DNA of 64,000 bases from Rhina ancylostomus (Eukaryota): positions 16,390,107 to 16,454,106 of the forward strand of contig JARFYF010000054.1 of the NCBI GenBank assembly GCA_030265395.1, read 5' to 3'. A program made the position numbers and the translations under genes. The notes under the pieces were generated by a model, which was given only the letters and a program-made list of their open reading frames with translations, was not told the DNA's origin and did no database searches. Shown piece by piece: positions 37,768 through 50,715 of this stretch. How positions within the stretch are numbered: position 1 is the stretch's first letter; each line of letters opens with the position of its first letter.

Positions 37768-38309
37768 TGTCTTTGGATTGTTCCCAGATAATGAGATAGC
37801 TGACGGTTAGATATTTGGCTGGTAATAATGAGGTCCTCGATCGTCCAGGAGGCTGATCCTTTAGAATGGCTGTTATTAAAGGGCGATGGTTCCAACGGAT
37901 TTAAATGGCCAGCGTTCTTTCTTTTGAGGTAGCTGATATCAGTCAAAGGAAATCGAAGCAGGTGTACTCCTAAAGAAACAATCGCCCTCTTAAAGAAATT
38001 ACTATAAAATAATGAAAAGCTACACTAATCAACAAGCAACAGTGCTGTCACTCTGGAGTATTGAAGTAAATGATTTACTCCAACATGACGCAAAAGATAC
38101 CAGTGTTTAACTTTGCCTCTTGTCTCATAAGTTTGCTTGTATTGAACACTATTAGCAAAATTATAATACATATATATTAAATACTCCAGAAATAAAATAT
38201 GGATGACAGGCCTGTGGCAAGCATTGCTTTTGATTTCATGGTTCAACTTTCCTGATCTGGAAGAGGGATATCTCCAGTCGTGTTTACTGTACGGCTGTGG
38301 TAGTGGTGT

Positions 38310-38600
38310 GGGTAAACATGCCAATCACCGCCGCCGCTGCTCTGCCCGCCGCACGCGCTCACTCGACTGCATGTTTCCCGCAGCTCGCGCACACCTTATT
38401 CATATCGCCGTCACGCGCCCCGCCGCGTCACCGACGCCCCCGTCCAATCAGCCGTCCCGGAGCCATGGCAACCGTTAATTTATGACAGTTTTTTTTTCGG
38501 GTGTCTTTTTCTCCCCCCTTTGCCTTTGAAAGACTCGCAACATCTCGCCTAGAGAATAGCGGAAGCCGCGGCCGCTTCTGAGGTTTAGGTATAGTTGCAA
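38310..38600 (-). promoter_or_regulatory. LHX1 CpG-rich promoter / TSS region
   Basis: GC/CpG-rich patch ~550-830 bp upstream of the ATG. Contains CCAAT boxes (38321, 38444), GC boxes, an RFX X-box-like CCATGGCAAC (38463-38472) and TTTATGAC (Hox/Cdx-like). Confidence 0.65.
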
Positions 38601-41600
38601 TTTTTTTCCGCCTTTCTTCTATCATATCCTTCTGGGGTTTTTTTTTGTATTTGGAAGGTTCAGTTTGCAATTTTCATCGCGGTCGAACGGTTGACTAAAA
38701 CNNNNNNNNNNNNNNNNNNNNNNNNNNNNNNNNNNNNNNNNNNNNNNNNNNNNNNNNNNNNNNNNNNNNNNNNNNNNNNNNNNNNNNNNNNNNNNNNNNN
38801 NNNNNNNNNNNNNNNNNNNNNNNNNNNNNNNNNNNNNNNNNNNNNNNNNNNNNNNNNNNNNNNNNNNNNNNNNNNNNNNNNNNNNNNNNNNNNNNNNNNN
38901 NNNNNNNNNNNNNNNNNNNNNNNNNNNNNNNNNNNNNNNNNNNNNNNNNNNNNNNNNNNNNNNNNNNNNNNNNNNNNNNNNNNNNNNNNNNNNNNNAAGG
39001 ATATAATTTCAGGGTGCGGGGCGGGGGTGGGCGGCTGTATGGTTGCCCATCATCAGGTGAAAATGGAAGAGGAATATTTGGCGTTTGATGAAAACACAGT
39101 GGTGGGGTGAGTCAGTAAAATAGCTTCAATATGCATGAGCGTCTTCCCTGCCTGCATTTTAACCTTTGAAGTCGTATCCGCTGAAAACGCGAGAGACCAT
39201 ACGAAAGACCTAACAAGTCATTTTATCACCTCTTCACTTGTTGATGAATGCCCTGTTCCTCGGGAAATGCTTACTTGTCATCTGTAATGGACGTCTCTCC
39301 TGATTTATCTCAAATTGGACACCAAATAGTGCTAAGCAGATTTGCATATTAACGTTAGAATTGAATTTTTTTTGATGTTTGTGTGTATTGCGTCTCGCGT
39401 TAGCGCGAATGGAAACAAGAAAGGTTCGGCCTGAAGTCATCATCTCCAACAGCTGACAGATCACACCGGCCAAACTTGGGGCGCGGTGAAAGTTGAAGAT
39501 TTAGTTTAGACTTTTACCGTAGTTTTTCAAACAAAACGCCTACCTATAATCTGCTTGAGCTCAATCTTTTATTGCGGCACCCTAGGGTCGGGTGGGAATA
39601 GCCACGCATTTTATGTCGCGTCTGATTAAGGGAGCAGAATTGCGAGGGATGAAACAGGAGGCGCGGAGAAGATACTAAGACTGTAACACTCTACCCAAGT
39701 AGCACTTTCACCATTTCTAGTTTTACTAGAGTAGGCGCTGGCAGACTGGAGTGGAGATGGTCCAAGATGCAGCTTGTCTGGAAACACAAGTCCTGTTTGC
39801 AAACATTTAGCTGGCGATGATATTAAACACTGTGAACTGCAGTGTCAGTACACATCAATTAGCGAATCCTCTCGATTGCTAGACAGCGTTCGTGCTTTTA
39901 ACATCACCATGCTCCAGTAAGTGCCTTTAGGTGTTCTTTATTTCTTCATAGTTTTCTACTATTTCTTCTCGGGTTCTTCGCCTTTAACCGTAGTCCAACA
40001 CTTTATCACATATTTGTGTAGATTCCACATGATGAACATGTGTACCGCCACTCTAATTCGTCCCCTTTGGACAAAATATACCCCCCCCCCCCGACAATGT
40101 GGTAATCATTCGACCAAGCGTGCCGACTTTGCCAATTTATTTAATATCTTTATGACTTCGCTGCATACAGCGAGGAGCAAGACTTTATACTATTGCGGGT
40201 TATCTCTTACTGTAACCGCCAAATATCATCAACTTAATCGGTAAATTGGTGAAAAGACGTTGAGCGGTTTCTGATAAATGAATGATCCATGACACTAAAA
40301 GTGTAATCAAAACGTCTTTGCTCCCTGCAGACAGGAGACCATCCGGGTCAAACTTTGCTTGTTCCTAGTGAAGTCGCAATATTTAGTGAGAGCCAACTCT
40401 CCTGTTTGTTGTAAGGACACCGTCTTTGTTACTCAGTTGCTTCTTCAGCCCACGTCTGCTGACCTGCCACTCACAGCACAGATTCCCCTCCAACCGACTC
40501 TTCACAGTTACTACCCTACGCACAATCTTTGCAAAGAAAAAAATCAATAAACTCTTTCTGCATATGGGATTCTTCTCATGCAAAAGGGAGAAGCGTGACT
40601 GGTATGGACGTGGCCCTCCAGACTACACAGTGACAGCTGTAGTCTTCTATCTGGGGACTTCTTTCCTTTGACACTCTCCCAGATGACATGTGTTGGTCAG
40701 GAATGAATAGAGATAAGAGATGAGCAACATCTTTGTGACCATCGTGTCTACTTCTACTCCAATATTTTATTCAGCTGCAAAGCATCTGGTTGTATGATTG
40801 CAACACAAGCTTCTCTCAAATATCAAAGAGTTTACAGTTAGGTGTCGAAAGTAATTCAGTCGAACACCTCACACAGCCCATAATGTGATACACTTGCGAA
40901 ACATGTGCGCTGTGTTTAAGAATTCAACATAAAATTGGCCAGTTTTTGCATTTACAGTACCTGTGTTATGCAACTGAACACACTTGGAAGTTCAACATTC
41001 TGAAACCCTGGGGCCGTTCTACAGAAGTGAAATTGACTTGAAATTAACAAGCAGGACAGTTGAAACGAAACGTCTCCAGGTTTAGCAAATTTTAACCTGC
41101 AGGGGGTAAGAGCGCCAGAAAGAGAGAAAATGTTTCTTTTGCATTCTGTCCCATGCAATATTATGGAGATGTTGCAAGAGGTTTAATCACTCAATTGAAA
41201 GGCTAGTTTAAATCACGTGGTTGGATGTGAAACTAACATTTGTGTGAAACACTTTGAAGTGAAGGTATTTATTTAAAGCGTATAAGACTGTTGCAAGAAT
41301 TATGTGTGTTTGTGATGAGGGCGATCGGGTGGGGGAAATTAACGTATCCACCCAGTTTTCAGTTTTACATACAGCACACACACTCAATCAGTTTCGACAG
41401 GAGCCACGATCACAAGCAACCTTCCCTCACCCTTTTTTCAAATTACTGAAGTGAAATGTAATCAACTGATTACCACAGGACTCCGAGTAGAGTGCACTTT
41501 TTGACCCAGCTTTGTAAACGAACTTTTCAATTTTAAGCATCTATTTTCAGCTCGCAAGCATGATTGCATAAAAAGTGATTATTTGACACGTTGCAGAGCC

Positions 41601-42967
41601 GATATAAATTTAAATAGTTTACGAACTAGAAAATATACGTTGACTGAATAATCTGCTCTAATTTAGTCAAGAATATTTTCTTATGCTGACATATTACATT
41701 GTTCATTTTAAATGGACTGCTTGGGTTGAGAAACAGGCAACATCACCGGGATTCAATATCCAGGGGTGGAGAGTTTGCACATTGATACAATCATTCTTGA
41801 CGCCTAAACTTAGAACCACACCGCGTGAATTCTGTCTTAACCCTTTCCCTTTGGAAAAATCCATAGGGTGCGATTTTACAGTACTTCATCTAAGAAATGA
41901 CCATGGCTGGGAGGAGAAGATTTATCAGCAAAGGCTCAAAGGCTGGCGGTATTAACAGGTCTAGAATCTCCTTAGCTTCATCAAAACAGCCAGAGTCACA
42001 GCCAGTGGCTGTCAACGCAGAATGGAAGGAGATATCGATTGAAAGTGAGCACCCAGTCATTGTGTATGAATGTTAACGGGTACAAACACAATTCACAAAC
42101 TCAGCCTTTTCCTTTACATAGCACAGGAGACAGCAGGTTCACGTCTTTGTCCACGCAGAATAGGTCCCATCACTCTCCATTTCCGTCGTTCTCTAACGCA
42201 CTTTATTTGCATTGTATGCTAATATTGTACCTTGCATTACTTGTTGGTGATCGTGCATAGTGCTTTCAACAATGTAAGCACTCTGCATTTACACACGATG
42301 TTTGTAGATAATGGTACACCAAGCCAATTATACAACTATCGTCTGTTGCTAAATTGAGTGGATTGGAATATTATTCATACATTTTGTTAAGATTATTACA
42401 GATATATTATTCTGTAATCTTGGAAATAACGCTCTTCTTGCAACTTTAGACATATAGTGAATATCTATTTGGAGACTTGAATCTATTTTAAAAGTTGTGA
42501 TATATGGTACGTCATTCACTAGAGAGGTTTTTTAATGAAATGGCAACTTGGAGGGCAAGTTACCCTAAGACTTGAGTTCCAAATTTCAATCTGTAATTTA
42601 TCATCTCACCAANNNNNNNNNNNNNNNNNNNNNNNNNNNNNNNNNNNNNNNNNNNNNNNNNNNNNNNNNNNNNNNNNNNNNNNNNNNNNNNNNNNNNNNN
42701 NNNNNNNNNNNNNNNNNNNNNNNNNNNNNNNNNNNNNNNNNNNNNNNNNNNNNNNNNNNNNNNNNNNNNNNNNNNNNNNNNNNNNNNNNNNNNNNNNNNN
42801 NNNNNNNNNNNNNNNNNNNNNNNNNNNNNNNNNNNNNNNNNNNNNNNNNNNNNNNNNNNNNNNNNNNNNNNNNNNNNNNNNNNNNNNNNNNNNNNNNNNN
42901 NNNNNNNNNNNNNNNNNNNNNNNNNNNNNNNNNNNNNNNNNNNNNNNNNNNNNNNNNNNNNNNNNNN

Positions 42968-43006
<39 letters not shown>
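42968..43006. repeat. (CA)n microsatellite at a gap edge
   Basis: Direct reading. Confidence 0.95.
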
Positions 43007-43008
<2 letters not shown>

Positions 43009-44719
43009 GGACACTTTATTTTTCCTGTGCAATAAATATTTAAAACAAATCAGTCAAATGCCTATCCTTTATATGTTTTTTTAGACTTGGGGCATCAATA
43101 AGTAGGCGACTAGAATAAATGTTATGGCGCTCAATAAACAACTGGAAAGCTTAATTACGGAAATGGAGACTTGCTTTATAGTATCAGCTAACCTAAAGAC
43201 TAGAGATTATAGCACAGTAGCTATAAGTACACCTGTAGTGTTGAAATTAAGTCAAGGGGCAGTTGTCAAGTTCAGGTTTACAGGGAAATCGTTATTGTTC
43301 ATGTTTTTAACCATCGACTCCTTTGCCCTCCCCCATAGCATGTGACTCTATCCGTAGAGATCAGACTGGTTGCTTCGCTCGTCAAGATCCGTTGACTCCC
43401 CACCCTCCTCTTGACCTCTCTGTTAGAAGATGTGGGTGACACTTGTGATAAACTGAGAAATATACAGCGAGGCTGTGATCGGCCAAGTGCAACTGGATTA
43501 CAAACAACTGTGAAAGATCTCCCGTGACTTGAGCGGTATAGCAACAGCTTCGCATCAAATGGACCACGAGTTGATCCATTCTGTGTTGCTGTAAACTTCG
43601 ACTTGACAGACAGATAATATCTAAAGATTGCAGCATGCTCTCAGAACCTTTCCTTTTGAAGTACCTAGACCATACTCTTTTAATAATACATTAATATCCA
43701 TTCTGCCACAACAATGTCTCTCCTGACATGGAAAGTTTAAATTTATTTTAAATAGTGCATTAAGTAATTTAGTTGCATGACTTAAGAAATAGGGTTGAAA
43801 TATATGATGGCACTTTATTGATATAATTTGTTTGCGACTGTGCTTCCATCAATGAGGCTGAGAAAATAAGTTCAAGCATTGCCCCAGACATCAAAACCAA
43901 TGGGAAGTGAGATTGCAGCAAACCACGAGCTAAGTACTTAGCTTTGGCTTTTGACCAACAAGTTCTGTTGATTCCATTCTGCTTGTTTTACTTTGTTTTC
44001 TTTCTGTACTTTGATTCCATAAAGTGCGAACAGGTTTACTAAGGAAGTCAAGGTACTTAAGATCGATGTGCGCCAGAAACATGAGATACCAAAGTATTAG
44101 ACCAACAATCATTAGATAAGGTAGTAGATTCTGAAAGTATGATGTTATAGATGTGAACCTTAGGAACACGAACACTCAGCATAATATTTCGATTTATTTA
44201 ATTGGACGCGTATAAAGGCAATAGCTATCTCAAAGTATAACAGTGGGAATGAAATCACTGCGTAACTTGAATGGTATAGCAACAACTTTGCATCAGATAG
44301 ACCACAGATAATCTAAGTTGATTGTAAGTAGTTGAAAATAAGGTGTACACTAGTCTATTAAGCAAAATTAAGCCACATACATATGATAATGATATCATAA
44401 CTTTTCGTTTACGGACTTGGCAACGTTTTATATGCATTTTAATTGTCTTAACAGGAGCAGAATTCATTAGGTGGCACCCCCAATAACGCAACAATACATT
44501 TCTTTCCGAAGAACTTGTAATGAGAAATTCAGTTTCTGATAATAACATCTCCCTCTGCCACTTTAGCAATTCTAATGATATATAAAATAAAACAGCGCAT
44601 TATTATGCACGTAGAATTGCAATTGTTGTTTGCTGTGCTGGAGCTCTTTAAATTATAGATTTAAGTAGAATCATAGTCTTTACAGGTATGTTAAGAAAAT
44701 GAACGAGTTAAGTCGATCA

Positions 44720-45230
44720 ATTCTTCTACCTAATAAAGGACACAGCAGCATTGGAAGCAGTCCAAAGGAGATTCACTGGGCTAATTGCTTGGATGAGAGG
44801 ATTGTTCTATCAAGAGAGGCTAGACAGTCTGGTTTTGTATTCTTTGGAGTTTAGAAGAATGAGGGATAACCTTCTTCAAAGATCCTAACAGGGCTGGACA
44901 GAGTAGATTTTGAGACGTTTCCATGGTGGGACAGTCACGAACAAGGGGACATAGTTACAAAGCAAGAGGCTGGTCATTTAAAACCGAGGTGCGCAGAAAT
45001 GTCCTCTCTCAGAGGGTTGTGAGCCTCTTCGCTGCCCCCGAGGGCGGTGGAGGCCAGATATATTCAAGGTGGAGATAGATGAATATTTGGAAGTTTGCTG
45101 AATTGAGGATTATGGGGAACTAGTACACAAGAGGAGTTGAGGCCAGCCTAGATCAGCCACGATCATATTGAGTAGCGGGATAGACTTGAGGAGCCCGGTG
45201 GACTTCTCCTGCTCCTGTTTTCTTCTGTTA
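44720..45230 (+). mobile_element. CR1 LINE 3' fragment
   Basis: ALEAVQRRFTGLI..MRGLFYQERLDSL.LYSLEFRRMR followed by a CR1 tail (gatcagccacgatcatattga..tctcctgctcct). Confidence 0.85.
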
Positions 45231-46607
45231 CTGTGTAGAGAACTCTAAACAAGACTCCAGTGAAAGCAGGGTATCACAGACTATTCCGAAAGATTTAACT
45301 CTTATGTACCTCAATGTATCAATAATAAAACGATGCATATCCTCTTGGGAAGTCCATCGTCAAAAGTATAGCTCGAAAACACACTGGAGAGGTGGAAGTT
45401 AGTCAAATATTTGGTTGATCAAAAACTTCTTTTGCCTGGGTTCGGCGTTCAGTAACAAAAGTTAACAGACCAAATCAACTGGTAGAACAGGAAAAGATAA
45501 GACTCTCGGTAAATCACGCTCTCCATTGATCTCCCAACTTGGAAATAATCTTTAGTTAAGTATTCCTTGTGAAATTTTATGTTTTTATATAGCCGGAGTT
45601 TGGAAACAGAACTGTTCTGCTATTGCGTGTGTATTTTTTGGTATGAGTAAAAGACTATCTCAAGAAGTTCCTACCCGTAACATTGCATATTCTTTTTTTT
45701 TATTATTTCTACTTTTACCTTATAACAAATTCGGAAATGGTTGTACTTCCATTAATCGTCCCACACACTAATTATTACTTCACCTGCATTTGGACTTGGG
45801 CTTGTGAGCACGTGAACTTTCCCCACCACTCCAGCCATTCAGCGGACACCTGCAACTCGCCCTCGAACACTAATTGTGGAACTCAAAACATCTGCCAGTC
45901 GCGTCGAGATATTGACCAAAACAACACAACATTTTCCCCGATTAAAAAATTCACTGGCAGCCTGGATTAGAAATTCGGTGAAGGCTATAGATCTTCCTGT
46001 AGTCTTGTCACTAGGACAACTGCTATATTCGCTCCAAAGCCAATAATCTAGAGGCACAGCGATGTAATTTCTTTTTTTTTATTATTTCCCTCATTGACTC
46101 CAAATCAAGCTCCAAAACTTCAGTAACAAACTTTTAAATCAGTTATGACATCGATCAACTTCATTTTACCCCCAGGAACCTTGTGGTACTTCTGCAACGT
46201 TTAGCAAATGCTCCAATTAATCATCTCCGCCAACAGATATAATTGAATTGCTTAAAATGTTTTGTGAAAAGATGCAGGGAAAGAGGCAAATTGTCCACCC
46301 AACGTTGAGTTTCCCAGGGAGATTCCGTTTGAGCAGGCGATACTATCAGTGTAATGTCAAAGGAAAAAGAACACATGCTACAAACTGATGCGAGAGGCTG
46401 ATAAATTGCAATCGGCCTCAGCGCTACACAGCAGGCTTGGGAATAACGGCAGTCTCAGAAATATAAATGGCTTATCAATGGCGTTACGCGGGGAGGGAAA
46501 ATGCATGGGAGAAAGGGAGAGTGCAAGGAAGAGAGTATATCGGAGAGGAAAATGGAATCCCCCCCCTCCCCAGAATGCGATCGCAATCTCAGCGCATCTA
46601 TCTTCAT

Positions 46608-46629
46608 TGTGTGTGTGTGTGTGTGTGTG
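46608..46629. repeat. (TG)n microsatellite
   Basis: Direct reading. Confidence 0.9.
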
Positions 46630-48394
46630 GGCAAAAGCACTATCGAAGGCACGGTTTATATTTTATTTCCGCTAGATCAGGAGGGAGATATCGCTTTTTT
46701 TCTCGCGCTGGGAACGGGTGCTGGGGGAGAGATATTTTATTTATATTTTACGGTTTTATGTTAGCGACGTGTCAAGGAGACAAAATAAATTGCTAATGCA
46801 TAAGCAAAACCCGACTGCTTTGGCTTGCTGCGTGTCAGAACTGTGTGGAAGGAGTGGTGATATGGGATTTAGAACGGATGGGAGGCTCTGAGGGATTTAA
46901 GCTGGAAATTACTCTCTCGTCCTGTACAAAATCAGTGACTGATGATGGGCTTTCTGACTGAATTTGAAAGCGCTAGTCCTAGGGCAAAAGACTGGCTCTG
47001 ATTTCTTTAAAAAAAGCACTTGGTAAGAAAGAGCAGTTTGACGGAAGAATAGGTGCGTAAACAAAACGAAGATATTTCCAATATCTCGCTTTCGTCTTGC
47101 CTGTGGTTTGATTATACTATTAAGATGTATCATTTTCCAAAGCCCATTAAATTCGCACTAATTACAATCAAGACAATGGCCTTTTACAAAATGTTAAACC
47201 GTATCCATAAGTTCAAGACTTGACCTAACATTGCAGTAAAAAAAACATTTTTTGTTTAATCACCTGCATTAAAGAGGTCGTATGCCTATCAACTCTCAGC
47301 ATAGAGTCGTTAGCTATCGCAAAGAATAAATTCACATCGGATAATTGCGATAAATTAATAGTAACAAAAACAGTCAGTTTATAGAAGATTGACTACAACA
47401 ACTCATTAATCCCAACAGACCAATGAATTAAAAATGGCTACCGCTTTGATTGGGGACCTTAAATCCATGTGTGCAAACTTGATAGCGAAGGCCAAACCAG
47501 CTTTAGTGGTTTCATTTGATCAATGAATTCTGTAAACAAATTATGTATACGGGATTCTACTTTCAACGTCACGCGCAAATGCCAGAGTTGGAAGGTTCCT
47601 TTGCAAGGAAACTTTCAGCCCCGGTGATATATTATGGTTATGATGTCATTCGTGTCCTGAATGTTATAGGAATATAAATGGCCCCAAAACTGTAAAGGCT
47701 TCTTTCTCATATTTCATATGTGTAAAAAAGGGAATTTGTAAGGGTAATTTGAATTTACTACACACCTGAATGATTGTATACAAATAGGTCTAGCATTTGC
47801 TGTGTTTGCCCTAAACGACTGAATTAAGCCTCTTGCAATTTAATCACCAGAGCCTTAAAATAACACGTCCATCCAGCGATATTTTTATACCGTTGTATAA
47901 AACTTTGATATGATTTCTGACATTATAATAAACCATGATTCTCATAGAGGAGGGGTAAAGGACTATAGTCTCAAGCGTCCAACTTCACATATTGCTAAAG
48001 GCAACACTGATTGAAACACGATTAATACGCAATGAATTATATAATTAATCCTACAATATTTTTGAGACATAATTTGGAGCATAGTATTGAAGGTAGGATG
48101 CTAAATGCACCACTTCTTTCCATGCTAGTTTAAACATAAGTCGATCAAAATTTGCCCATTTAATTGCATAAGTGATTACAGCGACCACGTTGGTGCTGTT
48201 AAAAAAGGTTACTTTTTCACAACGCCCAGCAATAAACTGTTGTTTGTTGTGACTCGTTTTGCAGACACCTTTTCGGCGCTGGTTGTAAATAAAGGCTCTT
48301 CAGTGGACACTAGGTAATAGTTCTCACCTTGATTACAAAGCTTGGTCCATATGTTGGATGATGGAGGTTATTGAAGAACTGGAGGTCACTGAAG

Positions 48395-48458
48395 AACTTG
48401 ACACTCCTCTAAGACTGACCAAGTGGCCACTTAGTCAGACTTTGAGGAGTGTCAAGTT
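48395..48458. repeat. 64-bp spacerless palindrome
   Basis: aacttgacactcctctaagactgaccaagtgg|ccacttagtcagactttgaggagtgtcaagtt; 29/32 positions complementary. Confidence 0.9.
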
Positions 48459-50269
48459 GAGCAAGGNNNNNNNNNNNNNNNNNNNNNNNNNNNNNNNNNN
48501 NNNNNNNNNNNNNNNNNNNNNNNNNNNNNNNNNNTGGCCTTTGCCTCGAATCCGGCCTTGGTAACAATGTCTTTGATGTACTGAGCAATTTATGAGAAGC
48601 AATGTTGACACAGAGACATCCAGCGCTTTCTTTTAAGAGGAAGACGTTCTTAATTTATTCACCTCGCCGTCTCCTGTTTTAAAAGACAAATAACTCACAA
48701 ACGTCAGAAAGAAATCAGAGTTGCTTAGGGGTAGGATTAAACTGGGGGCAATGTTAATCAATGATAAATGCATTTTAGGTAGGTATGCAGAACGAGGAGA
48801 GGAGGAATGATTATGTATATATGTACGTACGTATGTATGTATATATATATGAATAGTACCAAAATTAAATTAATGCTTAAGTGTACACAACTTGAAACAA
48901 TAATGCCCAAGCGGTTAAACAACAATCCTTAAATGTAGAAGAATTAAAAAATATATTTGGAATAATAATTATAAGCAACTGATTTCGTAGTATGTTAGCA
49001 TTTATATTCGTATAGTCTTTAATTATCGTTGATAAAATGTGGATTTTGTAAATATATTAACATTTTTCATAACTAAGGCCGCTTTAGCATGGATATCATT
49101 GCAATGATTTAGTTCTTTTAGCATGTTATTCTTCTGCCATCAGCTCTTGGGATGTCCCCTGCATCACCAGTTGTAAGCCCTGCGGGGTCCTTGACGTTGT
49201 AACTACACCTAACCCCAAAGGATAAATGGTAGTCCGTCCACAAGCGCGAATTCTAACACGGGACTGGGTATCTGTCCAGAAATATATTTATATTTGCCTT
49301 TTTTTAATAAACACGAACTGAGTTACGACGCTTCTCGAAATTGGGTCTTAACGGCATCAAGGCATTGTCGAATTCCATTATAATTAAAGTCGCTGTTAAG
49401 TACAATCGAGAGTTAATTGTTATTTCTGAAGTGATGACTGGGGATAAAACGTGCAAGTGAATAAGCCATTCCTACTCCTGATTGTATATGTGCTCAGCAA
49501 TCTATCCTCTCCAGGCTTCACAGAGCACAGATAATTCCTGGTGACAGTGCTTTGAGCCAGCCGAGTTAAAACCAAAGGTTTAATCACTCCATGCACACCA
49601 AATGCCAGGCATGGGGTGTTCTCATGGCTGCTCGCACTAGAAACAAGGCCTAATCCCAATGCTTGCCTTAGGGTCAGTCAGTGCCTTCAAGGGTTTAGAC
49701 GACGCAAACGCCAGGATTCACTGGCTGCTTCGGTTATGTACCGCGGGGCAGCCCCACGGAGGCAGTAACTGTGGAACTAAATCGTATCTCAGATGATCTT
49801 TGCAAAACTAAAATCACCCAATAGCTGCAAGGGTAAACAGCACCATAGGGCGACTTTCGCAAACCATACAGTTCTGCACTAGCCGGAGGGATACCCGATA
49901 CCCCGGAGACCCAGTCCATCATAAATTGCAATACCATGTTGGGAAGCTCCACTTTAACCTTTTAAAGTCTTCAGGAGAAACATTGCACCTACTCTGACCA
50001 CAACAAATCTTATTTCTGACATATAGTAGGTTGAGACTGTCCTATTCTTTTTCCTAATGAATAATTAAATCTCATTTTTCTCGCTCGTCATTGCGAAGAC
50101 CTCTTTACATTGTTCACCTTTAGCAACACCTCCGGCTTTTCGAACAATTTTTACCCTAATCACACCTCCAATTCCCCCGTCTCCCTCTCCTTACTCTCGA
50201 AAGAAAACAACTATTCCTTCGGCAAATGAAGTGATGTCTGATACGGCAAATACTTCTGTATATCATGTA

Positions 50270-50296
50270 ACACACACACACACACACACACACACA
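50270..50296. repeat. (CA)n microsatellite
   Basis: Direct reading. Confidence 0.9.
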
Positions 50297-50559
50297 AATC
50301 CAGAACCGGATTAGAAACGTGCTCACTGCACACACTCGACCCCCAACAACTTCTCTCTCCGCTCACTTAGAGCATAGCTCTCTATCCATAATGCTATCAG
50401 CTGGATTCAGGACTCTGGGTACATTCTCCTTCCTATTTCTTGCCTGGACTGCTAGTTGCTGCCTTCACAAAGCCGAAAACTGCTGGAGATAGTCGCACAA
50501 AAGCAATTCCCGCAGTGATGCTATTTCCTGGTCTCGTTCCAAGGGTTATGTATCCCTTG

Positions 50560-50715
50560 CAATACATAAAACAGAAAATGCTGCAAGCACTCAGCAGGCC
50601 AGGCAGCATCTGTGGAAAGGGAAACTGTTAAAACTTCAAGTAAAAAAGATCCTGCATCAGAAATTAATCTCTTGTTCCCTTGACCGGCAGCATTATTGAT
50701 TGTTCTGTTTCTGGG
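50560..50715 (+). mobile_element. Penelope-type terminal-repeat remnant
   Basis: aaaacagaaaatgctg.aagcactcagcaggccaggcagcatctgtgga...cctgcatcag, same family as 17970-18110 and 24000-24657. Confidence 0.65.

Noticed and set aside
37716-38324. Long upstream ORFs in the LHX1 5' region
   Set aside because: The ORF-track starts are TTG, not ATG; only tiny ATG uORFs such as M-L-E-stop at 38086 are visible and the TSS is unknown.
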